From contig CAZPRY010000001.1 of NCBI GenBank assembly GCA_964589175.1, positions 56,253 to 120,252 on the forward strand: DNA of 64,000 nt, read 5' to 3'. Made by a program: the position numbers and the translations under genes. Source of the stretch: an uncultured bacterium. Lineage in GTDB: Bacteria; Fidelibacterota; UBA2242. How positions within the stretch are numbered: position 1 is the stretch's first letter; every line of letters starts with the position of its first letter. A model generated the notes under the pieces. It was not told where the DNA came from and made no database searches. It saw only the letters and a list, made by a program, of their open reading frames with translations. Positions 20,401 through 28,685 of the stretch are shown here, piece by piece.

Positions 20401-21025
20401 GCAGAGCGGGGAAGAGGTTTCCTTCGGGTTTGTCGATGCCACCGTCGATGCCAACATCGTCCCGCGGGGCCATTTTTCGGCCAAGGACCGGATCATCTTT
20501 TTCGAGAAACTGCCGGATAATACTTCGGTGATCACGATGAACGTCCTGAATAACGAGGTGGAAGACACCAGCTTCGTTAACTGGTTCGGGCGTACGCTGG
20601 GAGCTGGTGATACCCTGAGTCTCTATCCCGATTTTTCGTTTAATCACAATTCGAAATTGCGGTTTACATCCAAAGGCCAGAAAATCGACGAGGTGGCAGC
20701 CAGGCGCAATCTGGACGATATTCGCGTGGTGCCCAATCCCTATGTCGTGACGGCCTCTTGGGAACCCTCCAATCCGTATACCAGCGGACGCGGGCCGCGC
20801 CAGATCCATTTCATCAATCTGCCGATGGAATGCACGATCCGGATATTTGCCACCGACGGCACTTTGGTGCGTAAACTGGATCATAAATCTACGATGACGA
20901 ACGGTGCTGAAGTCTGGGACCTGCTCACCAGGGACAACATGGAACTGGCCTATGGTGTCTACATCTACCACATCGAAGCACCGGGCCTGGGTGAAAAAGT
21001 CGGACGTATGATTATTATCAAATAG
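17417..21025 (+). CDS. Large secreted protein with Asp-rich Ca-binding (dockerin/thrombospondin-3-like) repeats, FN3 domain and a C-terminal beta-sandwich sorting-like domain
   Basis: 1202 aa with signal peptide MKIKSLLLFCLMIQTSLFAQ. Asp-rich repeats include DGIDNDGDGIDAPGGG, NGIDDNLNGIIDESDG and DGIDNDDDWDANIDDTGLDGKPGTGDTGEGDG. An FN3-like segment reads PDKPNVRAVAGDKKVTLYWDES...GYKIYRATDPGF. The C-terminus reads ...VPNPYVV...IRIFATDGTLVRKL...GVYIYHIEA...K. Confidence 0.65.
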   Translation: MKIKSLLLFCLMIQTSLFAQMTHGDAQHRARNVHSGNLIRMTFYNHGMMGSLYGDQSQIYAGEWPINSGMIQMGNATSYVGTELRVFAGIDSTGDSTYVNITPISMCQGWNPDRFPHDSLGNFLGFEPLPGYLNLTQREINPHNAVAMSHEAFTWPVLWPDKTGDGYDPGWSGHWNGYFGKDQRNADQESYYVLDDYQFKKKISGHKMPRPIAAEPNRGGLGLRQAIRGLQWSNPDAEDCIFWIYDIENIGELNLSKTVFGLNVGAGMGSSLFSSSSDHNDDCATFYRETNLTVNYDWDNVGAGGYSPVPWVGFAFLESPGNAVDGIDNDGDGIDAPGGGKVITTDDFYATYSVGAPIVRINYYNYERELSAMPADGVRFTVNGITYEKLPGRPLAEIPRNGIDDNLNGIIDESDGAQLTESEEYYYLYIRDPYYNNREYLAVDYFSGNGLANAMIDERRDDGIDNDDDWDANIDDTGLDGKPGTGDTGEGDGIFTPGYGDLPGETNIDKTDVDESDQIGLTSFIFYIYGTLTYSNDADMWDVSKPGFFDARLVNVDADYVFSCGYFPLLARQSEFFSVALIYGWDETDIVRNKQIVQKIYNSNYNFAVAPDKPNVRAVAGDKKVTLYWDESAELSFDRYLKEFDFEGYKIYRATDPGFSDAGTITDGYGYDRFTVPIAIYDKVDSVFGFFPNTFGTGVQFNLGSETGLVHTYVDTPLVNGKRYYYAVTAYDKGELEKNISPSETNKYVAIDAAGNVKTGENVVTVVPQAPSLGYCPPGFDAQPEFVGTGITTGAVYVSFIEPDSIYDGHEFEIRFLDQSMDKRDNDCDSLIDGQDRDELLPTLTTGFVVEDLTRSEVLDSVWFFEYRYTQDRWTMVRNLYNDNDGNPYTLTRIVNGIEYIVYNPPPGIIHIPEQNIYNGIRWSSNIDYATAYNLIFSTFKLGGFKPGIDYPRQYRIVFYDEIVGKSEAVYPILATTGTPIPVASADVNFKIFDQQSGEEVSFGFVDATVDANIVPRGHFSAKDRIIFFEKLPDNTSVITMNVLNNEVEDTSFVNWFGRTLGAGDTLSLYPDFSFNHNSKLRFTSKGQKIDEVAARRNLDDIRVVPNPYVVTASWEPSNPYTSGRGPRQIHFINLPMECTIRIFATDGTLVRKLDHKSTMTNGAEVWDLLTRDNMELAYGVYIYHIEAPGLGEKVGRMIIIK

Positions 21026-21035
21026 GAATTGCATT

Positions 21036-22493
21036 GTGTTCTCGATTTGCCAAAACAGACCTGTGCATTCACTTTTACTTCTATGTCTGGTTGTTTGTCT
21101 TGGTTGGCATTGCGGACCGCCTTCCGACGCCGTTGTCGCCCGCTTCGGCAAACAAAAGATCTTGCTCGGAGAATTCAAAATCGGCTACCTTGACCTGCTG
21201 AAAAAGCCGCATGTCCTGGATTCGGCGGAGTTACGTGAAAATTTCCTGAATGAGATGATCAACCAGCGTCTGATTGCAGCTGCGGCGCGCGCGCGCGGCT
21301 TGCAGAACGATGATAAATTCCGCTACAGAGTCGATGCTTATCGCGATAAATGTCTGCGGGATGCTCATTACCAGGAAATTATTCAACCGCAAATCCGGGT
21401 TGATGAAGAAAAATTGAGAGAAGTATATTCGTATATTACTCAACAGCGGCATCTTCGCCACTTCTTCTTTAAAACCGAAGAAGAGGCTGATCAATATTAT
21501 CAGCGATTATTGGACGGCGAATCCTGGGATGCGCTGGCAGCGGAAGTTATCGCGGATAGTTTGCTGGCCTGCAATGGAGGCGACCTGGGCTGGGTTTACT
21601 GGGACCAGCTGGAATACGAAATGGGCCTGGCGGCGTTTCGCCTGAAAGTCGATGCGATTTCAGCGCCGGTGTCGTCATCGTTCGGATTTCATATCGTCAA
21701 GGTTGTGGATTACCGTATCGATCCGCTCGTCTCCGAAACGGAATTCGACCAGCGCCGCCGCAAAGTGAAATTTATGCTGGAAAAGAAAATCGGCGATAAA
21801 CTCGCGGCGGATTATATCACCGCGATGATGACCGCTAAGCACCTGCAAGTCCGCACCGACATTCTACGGATACTTTCGCAGAAGTTCATGTCCCCGTTCA
21901 GCCGCAATCCATCCCCGTATGATCAGATGCTGGAAGCGCAACTGACCCCCGCGGAAACCCGTGCGCTGGAAAATAAGTTCTGGGATTATCGCAACGCAAC
22001 GCTGGTTATCATCGATGGGAAACCGCTGACGGTCGGGGAATTTATTTATCAGCTGAATTATGTTCCCTTTGCGGCTGTCCGGCAGGGATTCAAAACGGCT
22101 TTGGATTTCGTGATCCGCGACCGGGTCCTGACCGATGAAGCCCGGCAAATGAAGCTGGAACGCAAATATCCGGCTGTTCGGCAGAAGGCTGTTATTTACG
22201 AAGATTACCTGCTGCAAACGGAACTGCGCCGGGACTTGGTTCGGAGTATCGAAATCAGCGAAGCGGCGATTGGGGACCGGTTCGAACGCGACCGGAATTC
22301 GCTTTACAAACAGTTGGAATTGGGGGAAGTTCGGGATACGATTTATGAAATCCTGGTCCAGGAAGCAAGACAGCGGGTAGTTAGCGACCTGATTGCGGAA
22401 TTACGAAGCCAGCAGAGCATCCGGACCGATTACCGGCCGATTCACACCTATTATGACAATCTGAAAAATGCGAGTACGGAGAACGAAAATTGA
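21036..22493 (+). CDS. Parvulin-type peptidyl-prolyl isomerase (SurA/PrsA-like chaperone)
   Basis: 485 aa with a signal/lipoprotein-like N-terminus. The PpiC domain reads GGDLGWVYWDQLEYEMGLAAFRLKVDAISAPVSSSFGFHIVKV. It has SurA-like N- and C-terminal chaperone regions. Confidence 0.7.
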   Translation: MFSICQNRPVHSLLLLCLVVCLGWHCGPPSDAVVARFGKQKILLGEFKIGYLDLLKKPHVLDSAELRENFLNEMINQRLIAAAARARGLQNDDKFRYRVDAYRDKCLRDAHYQEIIQPQIRVDEEKLREVYSYITQQRHLRHFFFKTEEEADQYYQRLLDGESWDALAAEVIADSLLACNGGDLGWVYWDQLEYEMGLAAFRLKVDAISAPVSSSFGFHIVKVVDYRIDPLVSETEFDQRRRKVKFMLEKKIGDKLAADYITAMMTAKHLQVRTDILRILSQKFMSPFSRNPSPYDQMLEAQLTPAETRALENKFWDYRNATLVIIDGKPLTVGEFIYQLNYVPFAAVRQGFKTALDFVIRDRVLTDEARQMKLERKYPAVRQKAVIYEDYLLQTELRRDLVRSIEISEAAIGDRFERDRNSLYKQLELGEVRDTIYEILVQEARQRVVSDLIAELRSQQSIRTDYRPIHTYYDNLKNASTENEN

Positions 22494-25399
22494 ATATCGG
22501 TCTGACGACAAAACGAATCCTGACAAGCCTGTTGTTTCCCCTGCTGATCGGATGGGCGCAGGTCACCGGTTTGCGGGAAGATTTCAATGATAATCTTTTA
22601 ACCGGCTGGGAAGTCCCGGCAGCGCACCAGGTTACCTACCAGATCGCCGAGACGGACAGTATGCTGGTGATTGCATATCACCGGACGGTCGCCAGTGGTG
22701 AATGGGATGTGATCAATTTTACACCGCCAGGCTTGATTGACATATCGGAGTTTGCCTTTATATCGATCCGGGCCAAATCCGATATCAAAACCGAACTGGT
22801 TCTGAAACCGAAATATGAAAACAGTGGCGATGACTGGCTGGAGCTGCAGTTGCCGGCCGATAATACCTGGCACAGCTACTTTTTCGAACTGGAGGCCGCG
22901 CCGCCGCTGGTTATGAACCGGATGTATCTTTACCTGGATGGCGGCACAAGCGCAATAAAATCCGGCACGATTTGCCTGGATGATTTCTGCGCGGGCGACC
23001 AGGTTGATACGAGCTATGTCGATGTGAGTTTGCTGGAAACGGCCATTACGGCAGCGATGGCCCTGTATAGTAATTCCGTCGAGGGCGACGGAGAAGGGTG
23101 GTTTCAATCCGGATCGAAAGCCGCCTTTCTTACGGCCATTCATGCGGCCCAGGGACTGATCGGTTCCGACTCCCTGACGCCGGAAAAGGTGGAAAAAGCA
23201 ACCTTGAGCCTATATGACGCCTGCGTCACTTTCGAGACGCAGGTCAATACGATTGATGTCGGAATCATTGACCGTATTGCCACGTGCGAAACCCGCTACC
23301 TGTACGCCAACCTGAAGAAACTGGCCCCGGATTACCTGATTTTTGGAATGCATGATGTCACGGGTTACGGTGTCGGCTGGAGCGGTGACGATGATCGCAG
23401 CGATGTCAAGGATGTCTGCGGCTCCTACCCGGCGCTCTACAGTGAGGATATGAATAAAATTACCCGGGGTATCGACGTCGATCGCGTGCGTTACCGCGTG
23501 ACTTCGGCCTACAATCGCGGCGGTATCACGACCTTTTCCTGGCATCAGATCGATCCGCTCGGCCGCGGATTCAATGCCAGCGATGTCAATCATGAAAACA
23601 TCGTCGCCACCTTGATACCGGGCGGGAAATATCACGAGGTATATAAAGAAAAACTACGTACGATCGCAATTTTCCTGAAGTCCCTGCGCGGACTGAATGG
23701 GCAAAATGTCCCGATCATCTTCCGACCTTATCACGAACATACCGGCGGCTGGTTCTGGTGGGGTGCCGGCGAGTGCAGCATAGACCAATACAACAGCATC
23801 TGGCAATTTACGGTTGGATTCCTGCGCGACTCGCTCAATGTGCATAATGTGTTGTATGCGCTCTCCCCTGCCGGTCAGCACGTTAATAGAAAAGAAGATT
23901 ATTATAATATTTTTCCAGGCGTCGATTATGTCGACATCTTTGGAGTTGACGATTATTTCAGCGACAATATCACGGAGTTCGAAAAGCATGAGTTTCAGAA
24001 GACCCTGTGTTACTGTGTGGAGGCCGCCCGCGATCACGATAAGGTTGCAGCACTGACCGAAACCGGCCAGGAGAATTTGCCGACCTCAAACTTTTTTACC
24101 GACGCCCTGCTGGAGCCCATCAAAACCGACACTATCGCCATGAAAATATCCTACGCCGCGGTCTGGCGCAATTCCTACGAACTGCATCATTTTGCGCCCT
24201 ACCCGGGGCATCCTACGGTTCCGGATTTCCTGGAATTTTACCGCGATCCGTTTACCTTGTTTGAAGACAATTTGCCCGATATGTACCGGCTGACCACAGC
24301 CGATTCCGCCTCACCTGTTTTCGTTGGTTATCCCGGGGAATACTTTGTCGCCTTCGATACGACGATCACATTGTCGGTCACGACTAACGAGCGCGCCTTC
24401 CTGCGCTACAGCGTAGCGGATGAATCCTACGAAATGATGCAATCCGAATTTCAAAACGGGCAGGGCACACTGTATCACAGCACGGAAGTTACCGGCCGGC
24501 AGGGCGGCGAGTATCGTTTTTATGTGCGCGCCGCCGATTACGCCGGTAATATTAGCGCTGCTCCGCTTGTCATCGATTTCAAGATCGATACTTTGCAGAA
24601 GCCGGTGCACTGGTTTGATAATCGTTATGCTGTCGACGATTGGCCGCAAGCCGCCGCCCCCTTCGTTTTCCAGGGCGAACAGGGTGGAGCGACGGCTGTC
24701 AATCCGGTGAGAACGGCCTATTTCCGCAAGACCTTCAGGCTGGAGAACGCCGCCGCCCAACGACAACTAATTGTACACCTGAACTATGATAATGGATTTG
24801 TGATCTATCTGAACGGCAACGAAGTCGATCGTCACGGAGTTCCCGAAGGGGATATCGCTTACGAAACCTGGGCGATGTCGGCCGCTTCCGGTCTGATGAC
24901 GCGGACCCTGGATGCCGCCGATTGCCGGTACCTGGTCGACGGTGAAAACTGGATCGCTGTGGAAGTTCACCAGGCAGAGTCGGATTCCAGCGATCTGCTC
25001 TTCGACCTGAGAATGATGGCGCCCACGTACCTCATCGAATTTGGCGCTAACTGGTATTATTACGATCTGGGTCAGCAGCCGCCGGATCGGACGGTAGGTA
25101 CGCTGGGAATTATTCCCGACTATACGGCTCTTCCGGAGAAATTGCTGCTCTACCCGAATTATCCAAATCCGTTCAATGCCGAAACGACGATCCGGTACTA
25201 TTTGCCGCAAAGCGAAGAAGTGAGCATGGCAATCTATGATATCCGGGGACGCAATATCAAAACGCTGGTTTCGGGTAAGCAAGCTTCCGGGCTGTATAGA
25301 ATCAATTTCGAGGCCGGTGACTTATCGACGGGAATTTATCTGCTGCGTATTGTCGCGGGGCAAGCGGCGGACACGCAGAAGTTGCTGCTGTTAAAATAA
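22490..25399 (+). CDS. Glycoside hydrolase family 26 (beta-mannanase-like) with GH2-N-like sugar-binding domain and T9SS C-terminal domain
   Basis: 969 aa. The GH26 signature region is FRPYHEHTGGWFWWGAGEC plus WHQIDP. Near aa 740 is a YFRKTFRLENAAAQRQLIVHLNYDNGFVIYLNG jelly-roll, as in GH2 N-terminal domains. The C-terminus reads YPNYPNPFNAETTIRYYLP...GIYLLRIVAG...K. It overlaps the PPIase by 4 nt. Confidence 0.75.
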   Translation: MNIGLTTKRILTSLLFPLLIGWAQVTGLREDFNDNLLTGWEVPAAHQVTYQIAETDSMLVIAYHRTVASGEWDVINFTPPGLIDISEFAFISIRAKSDIKTELVLKPKYENSGDDWLELQLPADNTWHSYFFELEAAPPLVMNRMYLYLDGGTSAIKSGTICLDDFCAGDQVDTSYVDVSLLETAITAAMALYSNSVEGDGEGWFQSGSKAAFLTAIHAAQGLIGSDSLTPEKVEKATLSLYDACVTFETQVNTIDVGIIDRIATCETRYLYANLKKLAPDYLIFGMHDVTGYGVGWSGDDDRSDVKDVCGSYPALYSEDMNKITRGIDVDRVRYRVTSAYNRGGITTFSWHQIDPLGRGFNASDVNHENIVATLIPGGKYHEVYKEKLRTIAIFLKSLRGLNGQNVPIIFRPYHEHTGGWFWWGAGECSIDQYNSIWQFTVGFLRDSLNVHNVLYALSPAGQHVNRKEDYYNIFPGVDYVDIFGVDDYFSDNITEFEKHEFQKTLCYCVEAARDHDKVAALTETGQENLPTSNFFTDALLEPIKTDTIAMKISYAAVWRNSYELHHFAPYPGHPTVPDFLEFYRDPFTLFEDNLPDMYRLTTADSASPVFVGYPGEYFVAFDTTITLSVTTNERAFLRYSVADESYEMMQSEFQNGQGTLYHSTEVTGRQGGEYRFYVRAADYAGNISAAPLVIDFKIDTLQKPVHWFDNRYAVDDWPQAAAPFVFQGEQGGATAVNPVRTAYFRKTFRLENAAAQRQLIVHLNYDNGFVIYLNGNEVDRHGVPEGDIAYETWAMSAASGLMTRTLDAADCRYLVDGENWIAVEVHQAESDSSDLLFDLRMMAPTYLIEFGANWYYYDLGQQPPDRTVGTLGIIPDYTALPEKLLLYPNYPNPFNAETTIRYYLPQSEEVSMAIYDIRGRNIKTLVSGKQASGLYRINFEAGDLSTGIYLLRIVAGQAADTQKLLLLK

Positions 25400-25407
25400 G
25401 GGAAACT

Positions 25408-26901
25408 GTGAAGATGAACGGCAATCCGAAATATTCCGCTCTTTTGATCTGGGGCCTGTGCTTAGCGTCTTTTCAGCAGGCGTTGGCTGTCGATTTTCCC
25501 CTCGTTTACGAAGCCGAAGAGGCGGCTTACGAAAGCCTGAAACTACGCTCCGATACGAAGGCCTCCGGTGGCGAATACCTGCAAATGCGCAAAAGCGGAA
25601 AAGTCGTTTGGAACATCGTTATGAGCGATGCGGGATGGTACAATCTCACGTTCCGGTACCGGTCGCCGCGGGGCGAGAAGGAGAACTTCGTTATTCAAAA
25701 CGGGGTAAAGCGGCCGATGGGATTCGGCCTAGCGGTAACCTGGACCGAAACGGCAAGACCGCTGGCCCTGAAGGCCGGTACCAATACCATTGAACTGGCG
25801 AGTAACTGGGGATGGATCGATATCGATTGCCTGATGATCGATACGGTTGTCCTTACCCCCGAAATTACACCGCACAAAAACGTCTTTTATACCAAATTTC
25901 CGCGTGATATTTTTGTTAAAGTCAATGCTTACGGACGATCGATTCAGTCGGTAACAGCAAACGGTTCACCATTGTTGTTCGACATGAATCCGTACGAATT
26001 CGAAGAGGACGCCCGGATGGTCAGGATTGACGGCCAATCACTTGCCGCATTACCGGAAGGCGAACATGCGATTTCGATTGATTTTGATACGGACGAATCC
26101 GTGACATTTCAACTCCGGGTAATGACCGGGCGGGCAGCTGCTGATTTGACGATCATTGCTCCCGATGTAAGTCACGGCAATTCGGTGTTGTTTCTCTTAC
26201 CGAACGGTAAAACGATGCTGGTGGATTGCGGGCAGGCCTTTATTCGCGATGGCGTGATTATCCCTTTATTAGAGCAAAACGGCATTTCTCACCTGGATTA
26301 TTTTATCCTCACGCATTATCATGACGATCATGACAGCGGTGATAAGGGCGCAACGATCCGCGACAGATTCAAGGTTGAAAATTTCCGGGATTACCGGGAT
26401 TTCAATGCCGGAGAGGAACTGGAAATCGGCGGCGTGCAGATTAAGATCCTGAACGCCTATGCGGACGGCACGGACGAAAATACCCGTTCCCTGGCATTTC
26501 AGTTGAAGTACAAGGGCTTTGTCTATCGCCATGATGCCGATATTTACGCCGATAACCAGCGCTCGATCATGCGCCGTTTTCCTGATGATGTCAGGGCCGA
26601 TGTCTATTTTGCCAATCATCACTTTCACGGCTCGTCCGATGCGGACTATCTGCGCGCCACCGATCCGACGGTCGTGCTCATTCAGGCTGAACAGGCGCTG
26701 TATGCCCGCAGCACCTACACGACGACATATCTGCTCGAGACAGTCAAATGGCTTCAGGACAACGAAGCGAAAACCGTTGAGAATTTACCGGCGATTGAAG
26801 TTGGAACGACGGTTATCCGGGTCAATTCGGTTGACGATTGGAACTATGAAACCTATAAAAACAGTGAAACTCCGCTTATCCCGTTTCTTCCTAAACGATG
26901 A
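25408..26901 (+). CDS. Secreted metallo-beta-lactamase-fold hydrolase (ComEC/Rec2-type MBL domain) with N-terminal CBM6/35-like domain
   Basis: 497 aa with a signal peptide. The N-terminal region is CBM-like (FPLVYEAEEAAYESLKLRSD...GEYLQMRKSGKVVWNIVMSDAGWYNLTFRYRS...IDIDCLMID). The MBL motifs are HGNSVLFLLPNGKTMLVDCG and LTHYHDDHDSG. Confidence 0.65.
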   Translation: MKMNGNPKYSALLIWGLCLASFQQALAVDFPLVYEAEEAAYESLKLRSDTKASGGEYLQMRKSGKVVWNIVMSDAGWYNLTFRYRSPRGEKENFVIQNGVKRPMGFGLAVTWTETARPLALKAGTNTIELASNWGWIDIDCLMIDTVVLTPEITPHKNVFYTKFPRDIFVKVNAYGRSIQSVTANGSPLLFDMNPYEFEEDARMVRIDGQSLAALPEGEHAISIDFDTDESVTFQLRVMTGRAAADLTIIAPDVSHGNSVLFLLPNGKTMLVDCGQAFIRDGVIIPLLEQNGISHLDYFILTHYHDDHDSGDKGATIRDRFKVENFRDYRDFNAGEELEIGGVQIKILNAYADGTDENTRSLAFQLKYKGFVYRHDADIYADNQRSIMRRFPDDVRADVYFANHHFHGSSDADYLRATDPTVVLIQAEQALYARSTYTTTYLLETVKWLQDNEAKTVENLPAIEVGTTVIRVNSVDDWNYETYKNSETPLIPFLPKR

Positions 26902-26946
26902 ATTTATACGGCGGTTAAATTTGGGGAACTGGGGTTTGGAATTAAA

Positions 26947-28560
26947 ATGAAGCGACGTGAATTCTTATCGCAGGTGGGTAAGAGCGTCGGCGGCGCGTGC
27001 CTGCTGCCTTTGATGTCCAATCTTTGCCGCTGCAGTGCCGGTCCAGCAAAAAAACAAAATGTCTTGTTCATTATTCTGGAAGATTTGAATACACAACTGG
27101 GCTGCTACGGCCGGCCGTATATGCATACGCCCAATATCGATCGTCTGGCCGGGGAAGGGATTTTGTTTAAGCGCGCCTATGTCCAGCAGGCCGTGTGCGC
27201 CGCCTCGCGTGCCAGCCTGTTTACCGGTTTGCATCCGGAATCGACCGGCGTCGATTACCCCTACAGTTACTATTTTGTCGAGGAGCTTTTGCCCAAATAC
27301 GGGACCCTGGCCCGGCAGTTTTTCAGGCACGGTTATTACACGCGGGATTTCAGCAAAATCCATCACGGCATTGTGGAAGACGATCTTTCCGCGCCGCACT
27401 TCGAGCCCCAATACCGGCCGTACATGCTTGCCGAAAACATCCGTCTCAGAGAAGAGAAGGGCAATTCGGCCACGCCGCCGTACGAGATGGCGGATTTGCC
27501 CGATGCCGAATATGCCGACGGACAGACAAGCGGGGCGGTGATCTCGGCCCTGCAGCTTGCCGCCCGGAGTGATGCACCGTTTTTCTTCTCGGTTGGATTT
27601 CTGAAACCGCATATTCCTTTCAATTCCCCCAGGAAATACTGGGATTTATACGAGCGCGAATCCATTCCACTAGCCGGGAACAAAGACCGCCCGGTGAATT
27701 TCCCGCCGATTGCCATGGATCGTTACAACCTGAAGCAATACACCTGGGAACACGACGATCCCGAGCGGCTGTTCAGCGATGATTATGCCCGCCTCATTCG
27801 TCATGCCTATTTCGCCTGCGTGAGCTTCATCGACGCGCAGATCGGGCGGATTCTTAATGAGTTGGATCGGTTGAAATTGCGGGAGAATACGACTGTCATT
27901 TTCCTGTCCGATCACGGCTTTCATCTGGGCGAGCAGAATCATTGGGGTAAAACGACCTTGTACGAGGCTTCGCTGCATGTTCCGCTTATCGTTTCAGTGC
28001 CGGGCATGAAGCTAAAGGGCGCTACCTGCAACGGACTGGTTGAATACGTGGACATCTACCCGACGTTGCTGGATCTGGCCGGAATTGAAATTCCCGATCA
28101 GGTTGAAGGTGTTAGTTTCAGGCCGCTGCTCGAAGAACCGTCGCGTAGGTGGAAGAGGGCGGCTTTCAGCCAACAGAGCCGCAGCATGATCGGTGAGAAA
28201 TACGGATTTTCGATGCGCACCGACCGCTATCGCTATACGGAGTGGAAGGAAGTCCTGCTGAACACAGTCCTGGCCCGTGAGTTGTACGATCTGGAGAACG
28301 ATCCCGATGAGACGATCAATATCGCCGGTCAATCGCGACCCGATTTGATCGATGTTTTATCACAACAACTGAAATCCGGCTGGCGCGGCGCTCTGCCGGA
28401 TGGTATCCGCAACCGCTCCGCCAATCCGCCGGCGCCGCCGGCCTATCCCTGGGGGCCTGAAGGGCAAAGTCGCCGCGATGTCTGGCATCGGAAATACGGC
28501 GGGAAAGAGGGCGACGACTGGCGGGAACTGACCCGCATTCGGATCGCACAAGACGCGTAA
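26947..28560 (+). CDS. Sulfatase (formylglycine-dependent arylsulfatase family), TAT/Sec exported
   Basis: 537 aa. The N-terminus has RREFL, and the sulfatase signature is CAASRASLFTG (the C-x-A-S-R FGly motif). The fold runs through FLSDHGFHLGE. Confidence 0.85.
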   Translation: MKRREFLSQVGKSVGGACLLPLMSNLCRCSAGPAKKQNVLFIILEDLNTQLGCYGRPYMHTPNIDRLAGEGILFKRAYVQQAVCAASRASLFTGLHPESTGVDYPYSYYFVEELLPKYGTLARQFFRHGYYTRDFSKIHHGIVEDDLSAPHFEPQYRPYMLAENIRLREEKGNSATPPYEMADLPDAEYADGQTSGAVISALQLAARSDAPFFFSVGFLKPHIPFNSPRKYWDLYERESIPLAGNKDRPVNFPPIAMDRYNLKQYTWEHDDPERLFSDDYARLIRHAYFACVSFIDAQIGRILNELDRLKLRENTTVIFLSDHGFHLGEQNHWGKTTLYEASLHVPLIVSVPGMKLKGATCNGLVEYVDIYPTLLDLAGIEIPDQVEGVSFRPLLEEPSRRWKRAAFSQQSRSMIGEKYGFSMRTDRYRYTEWKEVLLNTVLARELYDLENDPDETINIAGQSRPDLIDVLSQQLKSGWRGALPDGIRNRSANPPAPPAYPWGPEGQSRRDVWHRKYGGKEGDDWRELTRIRIAQDA

Positions 28561-28593
28561 AGTGTAAAGAACCTGTAACCGCAAGACTCCTAA

Positions 28594-28623
28594 AATGCCA
28601 TGATTCCGTCGAATCATGGCATT
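28594..28623. terminator. Bidirectional hairpin terminator between the convergent sulfatase and Fe-S genes
   Basis: A 13-bp perfect stem (AATGCCATGATTC / GAATCATGGCATT) with a 4-nt loop. It lies 34 nt after the sulfatase stop and 63 nt after the minus-strand gene stop. Confidence 0.5.
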
Positions 28624-28685
28624 CGTTGTACTCGTGCAAACTCAGAGTTCTTCCCGGTTACAATTGCAGCGAAGAAGGGCAAATT

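Noticed and set aside
17465-21178. Long minus-strand ORFs (17465-18010, 19124-19873, 20228-21178) within or over the 1202-aa gene and PPIase start
   Set aside because: They are antisense to a continuous 3.6-kb signal-peptide-to-CTD reading frame and have no domain signatures.
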